Positions 29,864 through 39,872 are shown, counted from the stretch's first letter. The stretch is DNA of 64,000 nucleotides from Cyanophyceae cyanobacterium (GCA_050331735.1 JBHJGN010000048.1:29125-93124), one strand, 5' to 3'. Numbers and translations: made by a program. The notes: generated from the sequence alone by a model not told the origin.

Positions 29864-32800
29864 TTAAACAGCCGTGAAGTCGCTTTCAGAAAGCGCATCC
29901 ACTTCTAGAACAACTGCAAGCTGCTCGCCACCAGCGGCAATTAGAGTACTGCTGCCCACGGTAGCGATCGCGAGCTCGTCAAAGGTCAGACCTTCTGCCA
30001 AGCCAATGAAGTCAGTGCCTACCTCAAAGTCAAAGATGAAGTCGGTGCCTTCGCCGAGCGCGATCACGAAGGTATCGCTGCCCTGGCCGCCGGAGGAGTC
30101 ATCGCCTAAGAGGAGGTCGTCATCTGCCCCACCGCGCAGCAGGTCGTCCCCATCGTCCCCAAAGAGGACATCGATGCCCGCTTCTCCAAACAGTTCGTCG
30201 TTGCCGCCTTTACCGCCAAGACGGTCATCGCCAGCGCCGCCTAAAATGGTGTCGTCCCCGCCGACTCCAACCTGGGGAGAGCGGCTGTTGAGGTCGCCCC
30301 GCAGCACGTCGTCGCCGTCGGTTCCCAGGATGAGGTCATCACCGAGTCCACCAGCAACGAGATCAGCGCCCTCGCCAGCGATCAGAACGCCGTCGTCATC
30401 TCCGCCAATCAGTTCCTCGTTACCCGTCTCGACTCCAGGCAGCACCTCATAGATGCGACCGTCGCGCTCGTTCGGGTCTTCGTTGTTGTCCACGCGCCCG
30501 TCGGCAATATAAAGGCTGTTGAGGCGATCGCCAACTCCCTCGGGTAGCCCCGCGCCGGAAGCCGGACCAAAGGTGAGTCCCTGGGCCGCGAGCTGTGGGG
30601 GTGAGAGATTTTCCAAGGAGAACGTACCGACGACTTCCCCTTCAGTAGTATATTCAGCGATGAGGCCGTCTACCTCAGAAATGAGGAACAGCGTGCCCGT
30701 TTCGGCATTGTAGGCAATGCCTTCGGGGTCGCTGACAACGGTTTCATTCTCGGTGTTGAGAGTAAAACTATCGACAAACTCAAAGCCCTCGTCGTAGCGC
30801 AGCACCACAACGCCCTGGCTCATGCCGTCAACGGAGTAGATTAGTCCCGTCTCGGGGTTGATGGTGATGCCTTCAAAGTCGCCTTCGATGCCGGGTAGAT
30901 TGGGCGGGAGATCGTCGAGGGTCACCGTGTCTTCCACCACCAGCGTCGCGTCTTCTCCCTCTCCCTCTAACCGATAGCGGTAGATAGCGAAGGTATTGTC
31001 GTTGCTGATGTAGAAGCGATCGCTAACTGGATCGTAGGTAATGCCTGTCGGTTCGTCATTCACAACTCCGGTCGCTTCCTCGTCGGTGAGATCGAAGGAG
31101 CGCACCAGCGTTTGACCGTCGGGTGTCACTTCAAACAGGTTTTCAGAGATAACATCCCCGTAAATTTCCAGTTCGGCAATTTCCGAGTCAGCAATAAACA
31201 GGTTACCGGAGGGATTGTAGAACGCCACTCCTGAGGAGTCGGTACTGGGAATCTCTAGAGGGTTCTCGTCATCGACAAATCCCGTTTCAAAGGTGTTGAG
31301 CTGGAACAGTGGCTCGACGGTCGAATCGGCTCCCAGCAGCGGATCGAGGTCGAGGGATTCCTCTAGCTCCAGCAGAATAATTTCGGTGTTGTCGATTTCT
31401 GGCGGTCTGCCAACAGAGAAGGGATAGTTGTTGTCGTTGGCAACAAGAATGGTGTCCTCGTCGATGACTAAAACATCTTCAATGGTGACAAACGGAAACT
31501 CGAATGTGGTGCTGCCGTCGCTGTTAAGGTCGTTAGGGTCAGCGATATCGAGCAGGTCGGCCACTTCTTCCTTCGCGACAAACCCCTCTTCGTCGATCTC
31601 GGTGAAGTCGATCTTAAAGATCCTCTTGAACTCCGCTTCCTCGGCCTGCCCGCCGTCGCGCTCGATTACCAGAAACTCGTTCTCGTTGATGGGGGTGAAA
31701 TCACCGATCGCATGGCTCGGGTCTTCCAACCCGTAAAAGCCGACTAGTCCGGTGAAGGCCGCAGAGGCCACGTCAAATTCATAGATCCGCACCGCGTTAT
31801 CGGGATCTCCAACGACCGAGCCTTCCAGCATTGGATACAGCGTTCCGCGATCTGGGCTAAACGCCATGCCTTCGTACCCGCGAGAGCGAGGCAGGTTGGG
31901 CAGCACCGTTTCTTGCTCCACTACAATCCGTCCGGTCTCAGGAAAGTCGGTGAAAAAGCCATCGACTCCCAGCTCAATGAGCTGGCGGAACTCGTCTTCG
32001 GGAGACTGAGGCGTACCGTCAGCGTTGAGGGTGAGGAACCGCTCCTCGTTCCGCAGGGTATAGGGATGAATCTGCAATCCGGCATCGTGGGCCCAGTCTA
32101 TGTAGGGACGGACTTCTCCGGTTAGTTGAGTCGTAATTTCCGCTTCGCCGTCGCCGTTTCCGTCTACGGGGTCTTCGAGAGGCTCGCGCAGCAGGAAGCT
32201 GTTCTTCCAGGGACCAACTCCTTCGGCGTAGGTCTCACTGATGTAGTCGAAGATTTCGGCGGTGGCTAAATCCCCATAGCCCGTGTCGGGCAGGTCATCG
32301 CCGTCCACGTCTTCGCCAAAGTTCGGCACCAAATCGACCAAATCGCCATACAGGTCGCGGGCATCCGCTTCAGAAAAGTCTGGGTCGCTGAAGTTGGCAA
32401 CGATGTCGAAGGGAACGGAGAAACCGCCGCCGCCCTCGTTAATAAAGGCATCTTCCACATCGCCGTAGAGCTGGACTAATGGTAAATCCTCTAACCCCGC
32501 ATCCGGCAGCAGCTCGTTTTGTAATTCCAGCAGGTTGGCCACTTCAAAGGACTGAATAAAGATCCGGCTGGGGTCGGTAAAGCCTGTGGTTTGCAGCACT
32601 TCGACCAGCGGCTCTTCTAGCGACAAGCCCTGCTCGTCAAAAAAGGTAGGGTGCTTGGTTTCGGGATAGATGCCCACGGCAACGCCGGTTTCTGCTTCTA
32701 CTCGCTGCACCAGCTCGATCACTTCCTCTAACGTCGGAATTTCAAATTCGCCGTTGAAGGACTGGTCGCGGTCGGGAAAGGACTGAACGGCGCGGAGCTG

Positions 32801-34909
32801 CTTGATTTCTTCAAGGGTAAAGTCTTCGGCAAAGTAGGCCGTGATCTCTTCGCCATCTAAAATTTTCGTAGACTGGCGCTCCGGGCCAAAGACCTCGGCA
32901 ATGTTGGTGGTGTCGTCTAGAATCGGCTCGTGACGCGCAATCAAGACGCCATCGCTGGTGATCACGAGATCCGGCTCGATAAAGTCAGCTCCTTGAGCGA
33001 TCGCCCGTTCGTAGGCTTCGAGGGTATGCTCGGGAAGCTCGCCGCTAGCTCCCCGGTGGGCAATCACCAGCGGGGGCAAACCGTCGAGGGTGTCAAACAG
33101 CACCTCCGGGTTATCTGGAGAGCGCACCTCATCGGCTACTACCTGGTCCCGCACGTCGTCGCCCGTGCCGGGATGGTCGGTGAAGAATCCGTCTGCCCCT
33201 AACCCGATGAGCTGCTCGACTTCTTCTTCGGGGGTTTGGGGAGTGCCGTCGGGCTCTAGGGTCAGAAAGGTTTCTTCATTGCGTAGGGTGTAGGGATGAA
33301 CCTGCAAGCCCGCGTCATGGGCTAGATCGATCAGCGGAAAAACTTCTCCGGTGAGCTGCGTGGTAATTTCCGCCTCGCCGTCCCCGTTGGCATCAACGGG
33401 TTCATCCAAGGACTCGCGCAGGAGGAAGCTATTTTTCCAGGGGCCCAAGCCTTCGGCGTAGGTTTCGCCAATGTAGTTGAGGACGTCCGCTGTGGCGAGG
33501 TCGCCGTAGTCGGTATCGGCGCTAAACTCGATGGGGAAGCCGTCATAAACGCTCGGATCGGCCTCTTCACTATCGGAAGTGAAATTGTAGGCCACGTCGT
33601 AAGGAATGGAGAACCCGCCGCCGTTGTCGTTGATGAAGGCGCGCTCGAAGTCTCCTGTGAGCTGCACGAGCGGAATATCTACTCCGGCAGCCGGCATAAT
33701 CTCGGTTTGCAGCTCTAGCAGGTTTTCAATCTCGAAGGACTGAATAAAGAGGCGCTCTGGAGCGGTGAAGTCGTTGTCAACCAGGGTGTCGATGAGCTGT
33801 TGGCCCAGAGAAATATCAATGGGAGTGCCGTCGAGAAAAGTCCCTTCTTTGGCAAAAAACGTGGGGTGCTTGGTTTCTGGGTAAATACCAATTTCTCGTC
33901 CGGTTTCGGCTTCTACGTCCTTAACGAGATCAATAACTTCTGCCAGAGTGGGGATTTCGTATTCGTCGTTGAAAACGGTATTGAGGGGCCGAATCTCGGG
34001 AATGCGTTCTCTAGCCCGCAGTTCCTTAATTTCTGCAAGGGTAAAGTCTTCGGAAAACCAGCCCGTGATTGGGGAGCCGTCGATAAATTTGGTGGTCAGG
34101 CGATCGCTAAACTGTTCGAGTTCGGCAACGTTGGTGGTTTCTTCACTGACCACAAAATCGCCATTTTCATCGACGACGGGGCTGCCTTCATCGTCGGTTT
34201 CGACAATGGCCAGCGCATTTTCGTGCCGCGCAATCAGCACCCCGTCCTTGGTCGCAACCAAATCTGGTTCGATGAAGTCTGCACCAAATTCAATGGCTAG
34301 CTCGTAGGCTTCTAGGGTATGTTCTGGGCGGGAACCGCTTGCGCCTCGGTGACCGATGACCAGTGGGACTTGCCCATTAAGCGTATCGAGTTCAAAAATA
34401 TTGGGGGTGGCGATGGGAGCTTCGAGGAGTTCGCCCTCGGAATTGAAGTGTAGGACGAAGGGACCAAACTCGTCACCCACCCAGATGTCCTCGTTATTGT
34501 CGAGCACAAACGACTCGATATCAAAATCCGCCCCGGTCAGATTGCGTTCCGCCGTTTCCTCGTTTTGAATTTCGTAGGGAATGGTGTCGTTGGGGTCCGA
34601 GAGCTGCACAAATCCCTGTACCTCAACGGAGGCATCGCTGTCTTCAGCTCCCGCAAAGTTAGGGTCTACCTGATAGAGGCGGAGCAAATAGTCAGCACTA
34701 TTGGTTCTCGCTCCAAAGCCATTGTCGGACAGAAACCAAAACACGGAGCCATCGCTGCCGGGAGCAAACTGAACGCCGCTGAAGCCTTGCACCGGCTGGC
34801 CGGGAAACGGCCCGGTACGGCCATTTGCGTCGATGCCTTCCCCCGCCGGGGGGCCTTCTGCAAACGTATCGGCAGGCAGAACTGCAAATCCTGTTAACGT
34901 TGTTGCCAT
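29864..34909 (-). CDS. Large secreted phosphoesterase: split phytase-like domain with two GDPD domains, a further beta-propeller and an RTX tail
   Basis: QGFSG, SDNGFG, DEFGP...SRGYEG...NDNNYP; two HRGASG.PEHT/ETKHP/QSFE/GFFTD.P domains; EGI repeats; GGxGxD; ATG 34909 after GGAG. Confidence 0.88.
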   Translation of the reverse strand: MATTLTGFAVLPADTFAEGPPAGEGIDANGRTGPFPGQPVQGFSGVQFAPGSDGSVFWFLSDNGFGARTNSADYLLRLYQVDPNFAGAEDSDASVEVQGFVQLSDPNDTIPYEIQNEETAERNLTGADFDIESFVLDNNEDIWVGDEFGPFVLHFNSEGELLEAPIATPNIFELDTLNGQVPLVIGHRGASGSRPEHTLEAYELAIEFGADFIEPDLVATKDGVLIARHENALAIVETDDEGSPVVDENGDFVVSEETTNVAELEQFSDRLTTKFIDGSPITGWFSEDFTLAEIKELRARERIPEIRPLNTVFNDEYEIPTLAEVIDLVKDVEAETGREIGIYPETKHPTFFAKEGTFLDGTPIDISLGQQLIDTLVDNDFTAPERLFIQSFEIENLLELQTEIMPAAGVDIPLVQLTGDFERAFINDNGGGFSIPYDVAYNFTSDSEEADPSVYDGFPIEFSADTDYGDLATADVLNYIGETYAEGLGPWKNSFLLRESLDEPVDANGDGEAEITTQLTGEVFPLIDLAHDAGLQVHPYTLRNEETFLTLEPDGTPQTPEEEVEQLIGLGADGFFTDHPGTGDDVRDQVVADEVRSPDNPEVLFDTLDGLPPLVIAHRGASGELPEHTLEAYERAIAQGADFIEPDLVITSDGVLIARHEPILDDTTNIAEVFGPERQSTKILDGEEITAYFAEDFTLEEIKQLRAVQSFPDRDQSFNGEFEIPTLEEVIELVQRVEAETGVAVGIYPETKHPTFFDEQGLSLEEPLVEVLQTTGFTDPSRIFIQSFEVANLLELQNELLPDAGLEDLPLVQLYGDVEDAFINEGGGGFSVPFDIVANFSDPDFSEADARDLYGDLVDLVPNFGEDVDGDDLPDTGYGDLATAEIFDYISETYAEGVGPWKNSFLLREPLEDPVDGNGDGEAEITTQLTGEVRPYIDWAHDAGLQIHPYTLRNEERFLTLNADGTPQSPEDEFRQLIELGVDGFFTDFPETGRIVVEQETVLPNLPRSRGYEGMAFSPDRGTLYPMLEGSVVGDPDNAVRIYEFDVASAAFTGLVGFYGLEDPSHAIGDFTPINENEFLVIERDGGQAEEAEFKRIFKIDFTEIDEEGFVAKEEVADLLDIADPNDLNSDGSTTFEFPFVTIEDVLVIDEDTILVANDNNYPFSVGRPPEIDNTEIILLELEESLDLDPLLGADSTVEPLFQLNTFETGFVDDENPLEIPSTDSSGVAFYNPSGNLFIADSEIAELEIYGDVISENLFEVTPDGQTLVRSFDLTDEEATGVVNDEPTGITYDPVSDRFYISNDNTFAIYRYRLEGEGEDATLVVEDTVTLDDLPPNLPGIEGDFEGITINPETGLIYSVDGMSQGVVVLRYDEGFEFVDSFTLNTENETVVSDPEGIAYNAETGTLFLISEVDGLIAEYTTEGEVVGTFSLENLSPPQLAAQGLTFGPASGAGLPEGVGDRLNSLYIADGRVDNNEDPNERDGRIYEVLPGVETGNEELIGGDDDGVLIAGEGADLVAGGLGDDLILGTDGDDVLRGDLNSRSPQVGVGGDDTILGGAGDDRLGGKGGNDELFGEAGIDVLFGDDGDDLLRGGADDDLLLGDDSSGGQGSDTFVIALGEGTDFIFDFEVGTDFIGLAEGLTFDELAIATVGSSTLIAAGGEQLAVVLEVDALSESDFTAV

Positions 34910-35132
34910 ATCATCTCCAAGAGAGAAACTGTTAAGGACACGGTTGATACCGGATGCGCTTGTTAAGAAGCTGTTAGCTCTTAGCTTCAAGACTGTTAGC
35001 TAGATTTAGAGGAGTCGCTCATGAAGTGGCTAACGGCTAAAAGCTGATTGAAGAAGCGCGATCGCGGTAGCTCAGGTAAAACCGAGATCCAGCACCAGAA
35101 TCCCATGCAGGCATTAAGAAATTGCTATAGCA

Positions 35133-35184
35133 ACATAAAGGAAAGGTGGGGAAAAGGCTAAGGGCAAATTATATTTTGGTTAAG
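35133..35184 (-). promoter_or_regulatory. Putative Pho box (SphR/PhoB) array
   Basis: Minus strand CTTAACCA-aaa-TATAATTT-gcc-CTTAGCCT-ttt-CCCCACCT-ttc-CTTTATGT at exact 11-bp period, upstream of the phosphoesterase genes. Confidence 0.6.
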
Positions 35185-35383
35185 CAACCTGTCAAAACAA
35201 TATTTTGACTACTTGCACCGAAAGCAAGCTAGTTCTTCTATTATCTTGATGCTGAAGAATGTTTTCTTAACAAGTTATGTAGATTACTTGACTAATATTC
35301 AATGACTATAATTGCAAAATAGCTACTAACAAACTGTCTAATCAGTCACACAACCTTGCTAGCTAAAAGCTAACAGCTAATAG

Positions 35384-36388
35384 CTACTGAGAGGAGTCAA
35401 AATATCCGGCAGCAACATCTCTGCGCAGTTCTTCAAGCTTGGTTTCTAGCCCCACTGTGACTTGTTCAAGGCGAGCTGTGGAGCTAAGCTGAGGGCGTGA
35501 TCGCGCAATGCGCTTGAGCTGCGCTGCTATCAGCGGTTGATTCAAGCCCGAAAGCATCGAGCGCAACCGATCCTGCATCAGCCAGGTAAAACAGTAGCCA
35601 CCAGACCGCATTGCTGAACGAACGCCCCGGGGAGGTGAGTACAAACTCCACGGCAAAATAAGGTGGGGACGATACTCCAAGCCTAGGGAACGACACCAAT
35701 CTCGCCACTTGAAAGCCAAAATATTTGTATTCGTGACCACCGGAATCCAGGGAATGCGAAGCGCATCGGCAACAATGGCCCCATGCATAGCTTCTGTGAG
35801 CAATACCTCTGTCTGGCTGATGGCAGTCAGCACATCCTCAACCGCCCAGCGCGGATCGATGTAGCCTATACCAGCCTGTTGACAAATGTTCTCCCAAGTC
35901 AAGACGGGACGACTAGTATCCCGTTCCCCGTTCCCCGTTCCCCGTTCCCCCACCCCTTGAGGGCTTTCCGCTGTTCTGGCGGATTTAGCATGGGGCATGA
36001 AGGCGTATTGATGAATTTTGGGAGCCGTTGGCGTAAACAGCCGTCTGACGAGGGCAGCTCCATCAGTAATGGCTAATTCCTCGGAAACGCCTAACTTACG
36101 AGTCGTCAGCGGTCCTCGTACACAGTAAATTTTCCAGGATTGATCCAGTTTAGGTAACTGTTCGTATCCCAGTCCGGTGCTAAAGATAGCGAGTTGACGA
36201 GCTTGCGGAACTCGCTGCGGTAGAAGATGATTTAAAAGAGTGCCAATGCCAACGAAAGCAGTGCTGGCATCATCATCCAGCACATCTGGAATTAGCCTTT
36301 CCCACAGCCACGGATTAAGCTGGTCACCAAAATTATTGAGTCCTCCCGGAAATCTTTTCGAGGAGTACTGAAAGTAATAAAGCTTCAT
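35384..36388 (-). CDS. Polysaccharide pyruvyl transferase family protein (ExoV-like) with in-frame repeat insertion
   Basis: NFGDQLN.WLW, GIGTLL, VRGPLT, EAMHGAIVADALRIPW, FKWRDW. Confidence 0.85.
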   Translation of the reverse strand: MKLYYFQYSSKRFPGGLNNFGDQLNPWLWERLIPDVLDDDASTAFVGIGTLLNHLLPQRVPQARQLAIFSTGLGYEQLPKLDQSWKIYCVRGPLTTRKLGVSEELAITDGAALVRRLFTPTAPKIHQYAFMPHAKSARTAESPQGVGERGTGNGERDTSRPVLTWENICQQAGIGYIDPRWAVEDVLTAISQTEVLLTEAMHGAIVADALRIPWIPVVTNTNILAFKWRDWCRSLGLEYRPHLILPWSLYSPPRGVRSAMRSGGYCFTWLMQDRLRSMLSGLNQPLIAAQLKRIARSRPQLSSTARLEQVTVGLETKLEELRRDVAAGYFDSSQ

Positions 36389-36395
36389 TTTAATA

Positions 36396-36597
36396 GCGCC
36401 AGTAGGCGCGGGGAAACAGTCGCGTTCGCGACGGGGAAAGGGTAAGGGGGAAAGGGGAAACAGTGAACAGTAAGCAGTGACCAGCCTAGTTCATCTAACT
36501 GATAACTGGTAACTGTCAAGTCTCTTTGCCCTTTGCCCCTTCCCCTTTCCCCTTCTCCCTGCGCCTGCGGCGCTTCCCCCGTCACAAAGGCAGCGAC
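36396..36597. repeat. Nested palindromic repeat element (hairpins, GGGGAAA arrays, CAGTGAC/AACTGAT arrays)
   Basis: Outer hairpins, G-rich arm, CAGTRA. repeats, inverted AACTG.T repeats, C-rich arm, hairpins. Confidence 0.8.
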
Positions 36598-36600
36598 AGT

Positions 36601-37326
36601 CTAAGACATCATTTCGCTGGGAAAGACGCTTTCTGCTTCTCCTAAAAACTTTTGCTTGATCAAATCTTGGAACGCTTTGAGGTCAGTTGCCCAACTTTCT
36701 ATTCGCTGCTGAATCTGAGTCAGTCGCTCGGTTTCGGGATACTTCGCTAGACTGTAGTTGAAGCTGCCAGCAAATAGGACAGCAGGAACGGTTGGCTTAT
36801 CGTTACCAGTCTTAATTTTGATCTCGTTGACGTTCAGGCTGAGTTGACACTGTTCGAGGTGATACAGAAGCGTAATAGATGCTTGTGCTAGATTTCCGTA
36901 GTCTCGCCAAGGGCCGGGAGATAAAAGGGTGCTAGTGATATAGCTTTTAGCAGCATCCGTTTCTGAGCCAACGGTCACAATACTTTTCGGGGCAATACTC
37001 ACCGCCTGATAACTCGCATGGGGCAGTTTATCGACATACTGACGGGCTACGGCTGGTACTCTGGCTTGAGGGTTTTGCAGCGCTACCGCTTCTGCAAAAA
37101 TAACCGTCTGCGGCTGAGCGACAATGCTCACTCCATTTTTGAAGTTAAGCTGAGCATTGCGAGAGTTAATCACAGGGGGTTTAGCGGTTTCCCAATCTGA
37201 GGGAATAATGCCGCTCGCTTTTAAAAATTCCACGCTCAGCATGGTGGGGTTGAAGTTTTTGGCAGTAACGGCGATCGCCAGTTCTTGAAAAGCGATGGTG
37301 CGTTCGGCTTGAGGATTCTGAATCAT
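36601..37326 (-). CDS. Conserved cyanobacterial hypothetical protein
   Basis: 241-aa ORF; NPTMLS.EFLK.SGIIPSDWE, LLSPGPW, LFAGSFNY. Confidence 0.75.
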   Translation of the reverse strand: MIQNPQAERTIAFQELAIAVTAKNFNPTMLSVEFLKASGIIPSDWETAKPPVINSRNAQLNFKNGVSIVAQPQTVIFAEAVALQNPQARVPAVARQYVDKLPHASYQAVSIAPKSIVTVGSETDAAKSYITSTLLSPGPWRDYGNLAQASITLLYHLEQCQLSLNVNEIKIKTGNDKPTVPAVLFAGSFNYSLAKYPETERLTQIQQRIESWATDLKAFQDLIKQKFLGEAESVFPSEMMS

Positions 37327-37408
37327 AGTAAAAATAGGATTGGCACTATTAAGTAGCCCCTGTATAGCTCGGCTTGTCTACGGGACTGAACACCGAGCCA
37401 TTTTAGCA

Positions 37409-37996
37409 CTACAAATTTAACGAGGACCGAATCCAGGCGACGGCTGCGCTCAAATCGGCAGCAACAGCGTCAGGATGGGTCCGGTGCTGATAGTCACCGC
37501 TGAGCACTCTTTCTCCATAGCCAGTTCTCACCAAAATGCCCCGAGCTCCGGCGTTATGAGCCAGATCAATATCCGTTGCTTTATCGCCAACGACAAAACT
37601 GCGACTAATATCGAGGTCGTGTTCCCAAGCTGCCGCTACAAGCATCCCCGTATTCGGTTTGCGCCAGGTACTCCAGCAGGTATAGTGAGGATGTACGCCT
37701 CCCGCTGAGGGACTCAAATAAGGGCAAAAGTAAACCGCATCTAGTTTGGCCCCGGCTTGAGAGAGCAGTAGAGCGCTCAAGCGCTGGTGCAAAGCGTCCA
37801 CATGAGCGAGAGAGTAGTAGTTTCTGGCGGGCCCTGACTGATTCGATACCAGGCAGGTAAAGAGCTGGAGGTCATTAAGCTGACGCACGGCGGCGGCAGC
37901 ACCAGGAATCAACTGTAAATCTTCCACCTGCCGAAGGTAGCCAGCTTCAACGTTGAGAACCCCATCGCGGTCGAGGAACACTGCCGGTCTAGACAC
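37409..37996 (-). CDS. gmhB: GmhB-like HAD-IIIA phosphatase (D,D-heptose-1,7-bisphosphate phosphatase family)
   Basis: AVFLDRDGVL, SNQSG, RKPNTGML, VGDK; GTG start overlapping the GT9 stop. Confidence 0.8.
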   Translation of the reverse strand: MSRPAVFLDRDGVLNVEAGYLRQVEDLQLIPGAAAAVRQLNDLQLFTCLVSNQSGPARNYYSLAHVDALHQRLSALLLSQAGAKLDAVYFCPYLSPSAGGVHPHYTCWSTWRKPNTGMLVAAAWEHDLDISRSFVVGDKATDIDLAHNAGARGILVRTGYGERVLSGDYQHRTHPDAVAADLSAAVAWIRSSLNL

Positions 37997-38951
37997 GCCA
38001 AACTTCCTCAAGAATGGCTTCGGGAGGAATATCAGCAATCGAGTCGGTCGGCGATTGAATGCTCACGGCGTTGTCGCTATCGGGAGGCAGCAATTTTTTC
38101 GCGTCCGTTGGTCCAAACAGCGCAACCGTATAGGTGCCCACCGCTACCGCCAGATGCATCGGCGCACTATCGGTACACAGCATGAGGTTGGCTCCAGCAA
38201 TGAGCGCCGCTAGTTTGCCAATGTCTGGAGGATTGGTCGCCTTGAGGCTAGAGTTCGCTGCCCGCATCTGTTTAACCCAGTCTTCGTCTTCTGGACCTTG
38301 CAGTAAGACAATCGGTAGAGATGGCTGTTTTTCCTGGATACTTTCGATTACTTTTTGCCATTGCGACGGCGGATAAATTTTGTCGATCCCTTTGGAGAGA
38401 GCCATTTGACTGGAACCGCCATGAATGAGAATATATCCCGTATCTGTTAGGTCCATGCGTTGCTGTTCGGCTTCTGCCCAATCGATATCTGCTCTAGGAA
38501 CATTAATCTGAAGAGGGGGACAGGAGGTCTGAATGCCTAACCCCTGCAAAAGATCGTGGTACATATGAGCAGCGTACTGTTCTGTTTTGAGAGGAACAGG
38601 ACAAGACAGAAACCACGAAGAATTGGTTTGATAGCCAACTCGCACCGGAATCCCGTTGAGCCACAGCAGTAGCCCAACCGTCCACCGCTGACCAAGAGCT
38701 AAAGCAATGTCGTATTCGCGATCGCGGATAATGCCGAGTAGATTAAGATAATCAGCGAGGCCGTTCCGGTCTTTATAGTCAAAGGTTAGGACATCACTCA
38801 CGTGGGGACACACTCGGTAAGCCCCTTTAGAACGGGGTTCAACAATGACATCAATGGCGGCTTGCGGATAGCTCTGAGCGAGATCTGCAAGGGTGGGAAA
38901 AAACAGAATTTGATCGCCAATTCCCCCAGGAACAAGGGCTAGTATTCTCAT
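37989..38951 (-). CDS. Glycosyltransferase family 9 protein
   Basis: GGIGDQILFFP, DSAPMHLAVAVG...ALFGPT. Confidence 0.9.
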   Translation of the reverse strand: MRILALVPGGIGDQILFFPTLADLAQSYPQAAIDVIVEPRSKGAYRVCPHVSDVLTFDYKDRNGLADYLNLLGIIRDREYDIALALGQRWTVGLLLWLNGIPVRVGYQTNSSWFLSCPVPLKTEQYAAHMYHDLLQGLGIQTSCPPLQINVPRADIDWAEAEQQRMDLTDTGYILIHGGSSQMALSKGIDKIYPPSQWQKVIESIQEKQPSLPIVLLQGPEDEDWVKQMRAANSSLKATNPPDIGKLAALIAGANLMLCTDSAPMHLAVAVGTYTVALFGPTDAKKLLPPDSDNAVSIQSPTDSIADIPPEAILEEVWRV

Positions 38952-39038
38952 CGGTGATGGATGAACTTTATGTATATATCAGCTCAATTTTAAAGGAACA
39001 TATCCCTTAACCAACCAATATTCGTTAACTTTCACAAA

Positions 39039-39722
39039 ATGCATTTGTTAATTCCGGCGGCGGGAGTCGGTCGGCGGATGGGCAGCGATCGCAATAAGCT
39101 CCTGCTTCCCCTCCTGGGAAAACCATTACTAGCCTGGACTTTGCTGGCCGCCGATGCCGCTGAGCAAATCACCTGGATCGGCATTATTGGTCAGCCGTCA
39201 GATTTCCCCGACTTCCGAGAAATCTTAGCAATTGATCGCTTCATCAAACCTGTCGAGTTCATTGTTGGTGGCAACACGAGACAAACATCGGTTGACAACG
39301 GCCTCCAGGCGCTATCCGCTGAGCGGGTCTTAATTCACGACGGAGCGAGATGTTTAGTCACTCCTGCCCTGCTCGATCGCTGTGCTGCTAAACTACACAC
39401 CTGCTCAGGCTTAATTGCGGCTGTCCCCGTCAAAGATACCATTAAAGTCGTTGACTCCCAAGGTGCGATCCAGCAAACCCCCGACCGCTCTACTCTCTGG
39501 GCAGCTCAAACGCCCCAAGGTTTTGAGGTAGAGACGCTTAAACAGTGTCATCAGCAGGGACGACAGCAGGGCTGGCAAGTCACCGATGACGCAGCCCTCT
39601 TCGAGCGCTGTCAGCTCCCCGTGCAAATTGTTGAGGGCGAAGAAACCAATTTGAAAATCACGACTCCCGTCGATCTTAAAATCGCCGAATTTATTCTCAC
39701 GCAGCGCCACAGACGCGAGTAA
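39039..39722 (+). CDS. ispD: 2-C-methyl-D-erythritol 4-phosphate cytidylyltransferase
   Basis: [33 protein letters not shown]. Confidence 0.96.
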   Translation: MHLLIPAAGVGRRMGSDRNKLLLPLLGKPLLAWTLLAADAAEQITWIGIIGQPSDFPDFREILAIDRFIKPVEFIVGGNTRQTSVDNGLQALSAERVLIHDGARCLVTPALLDRCAAKLHTCSGLIAAVPVKDTIKVVDSQGAIQQTPDRSTLWAAQTPQGFEVETLKQCHQQGRQQGWQVTDDAALFERCQLPVQIVEGEETNLKITTPVDLKIAEFILTQRHRRE

Positions 39723-39872
39723 TGGGGAAAGCAGAAAGGATAATGGGGAAAGGGGAGATGAATCAGTTTGTTTTCTAGACCCGTGTTCTTTCCCCGTCCC
39801 GCCAGGGACTTACTGACGACCCGATATTTATTCTGCTATAACACTAGTCATGTCTGCCAGGTACTGAAAATC

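Noticed and set aside
27658..34897. Many Ser/Pro-rich + strand ORFs opposite the nuclease and phosphoesterase genes
   Set aside because: Antisense shadows of GC-rich, Gly/Asp-rich coding sequence; the same applies to shadows over valS, acs, the WD40 gene and the antiporter
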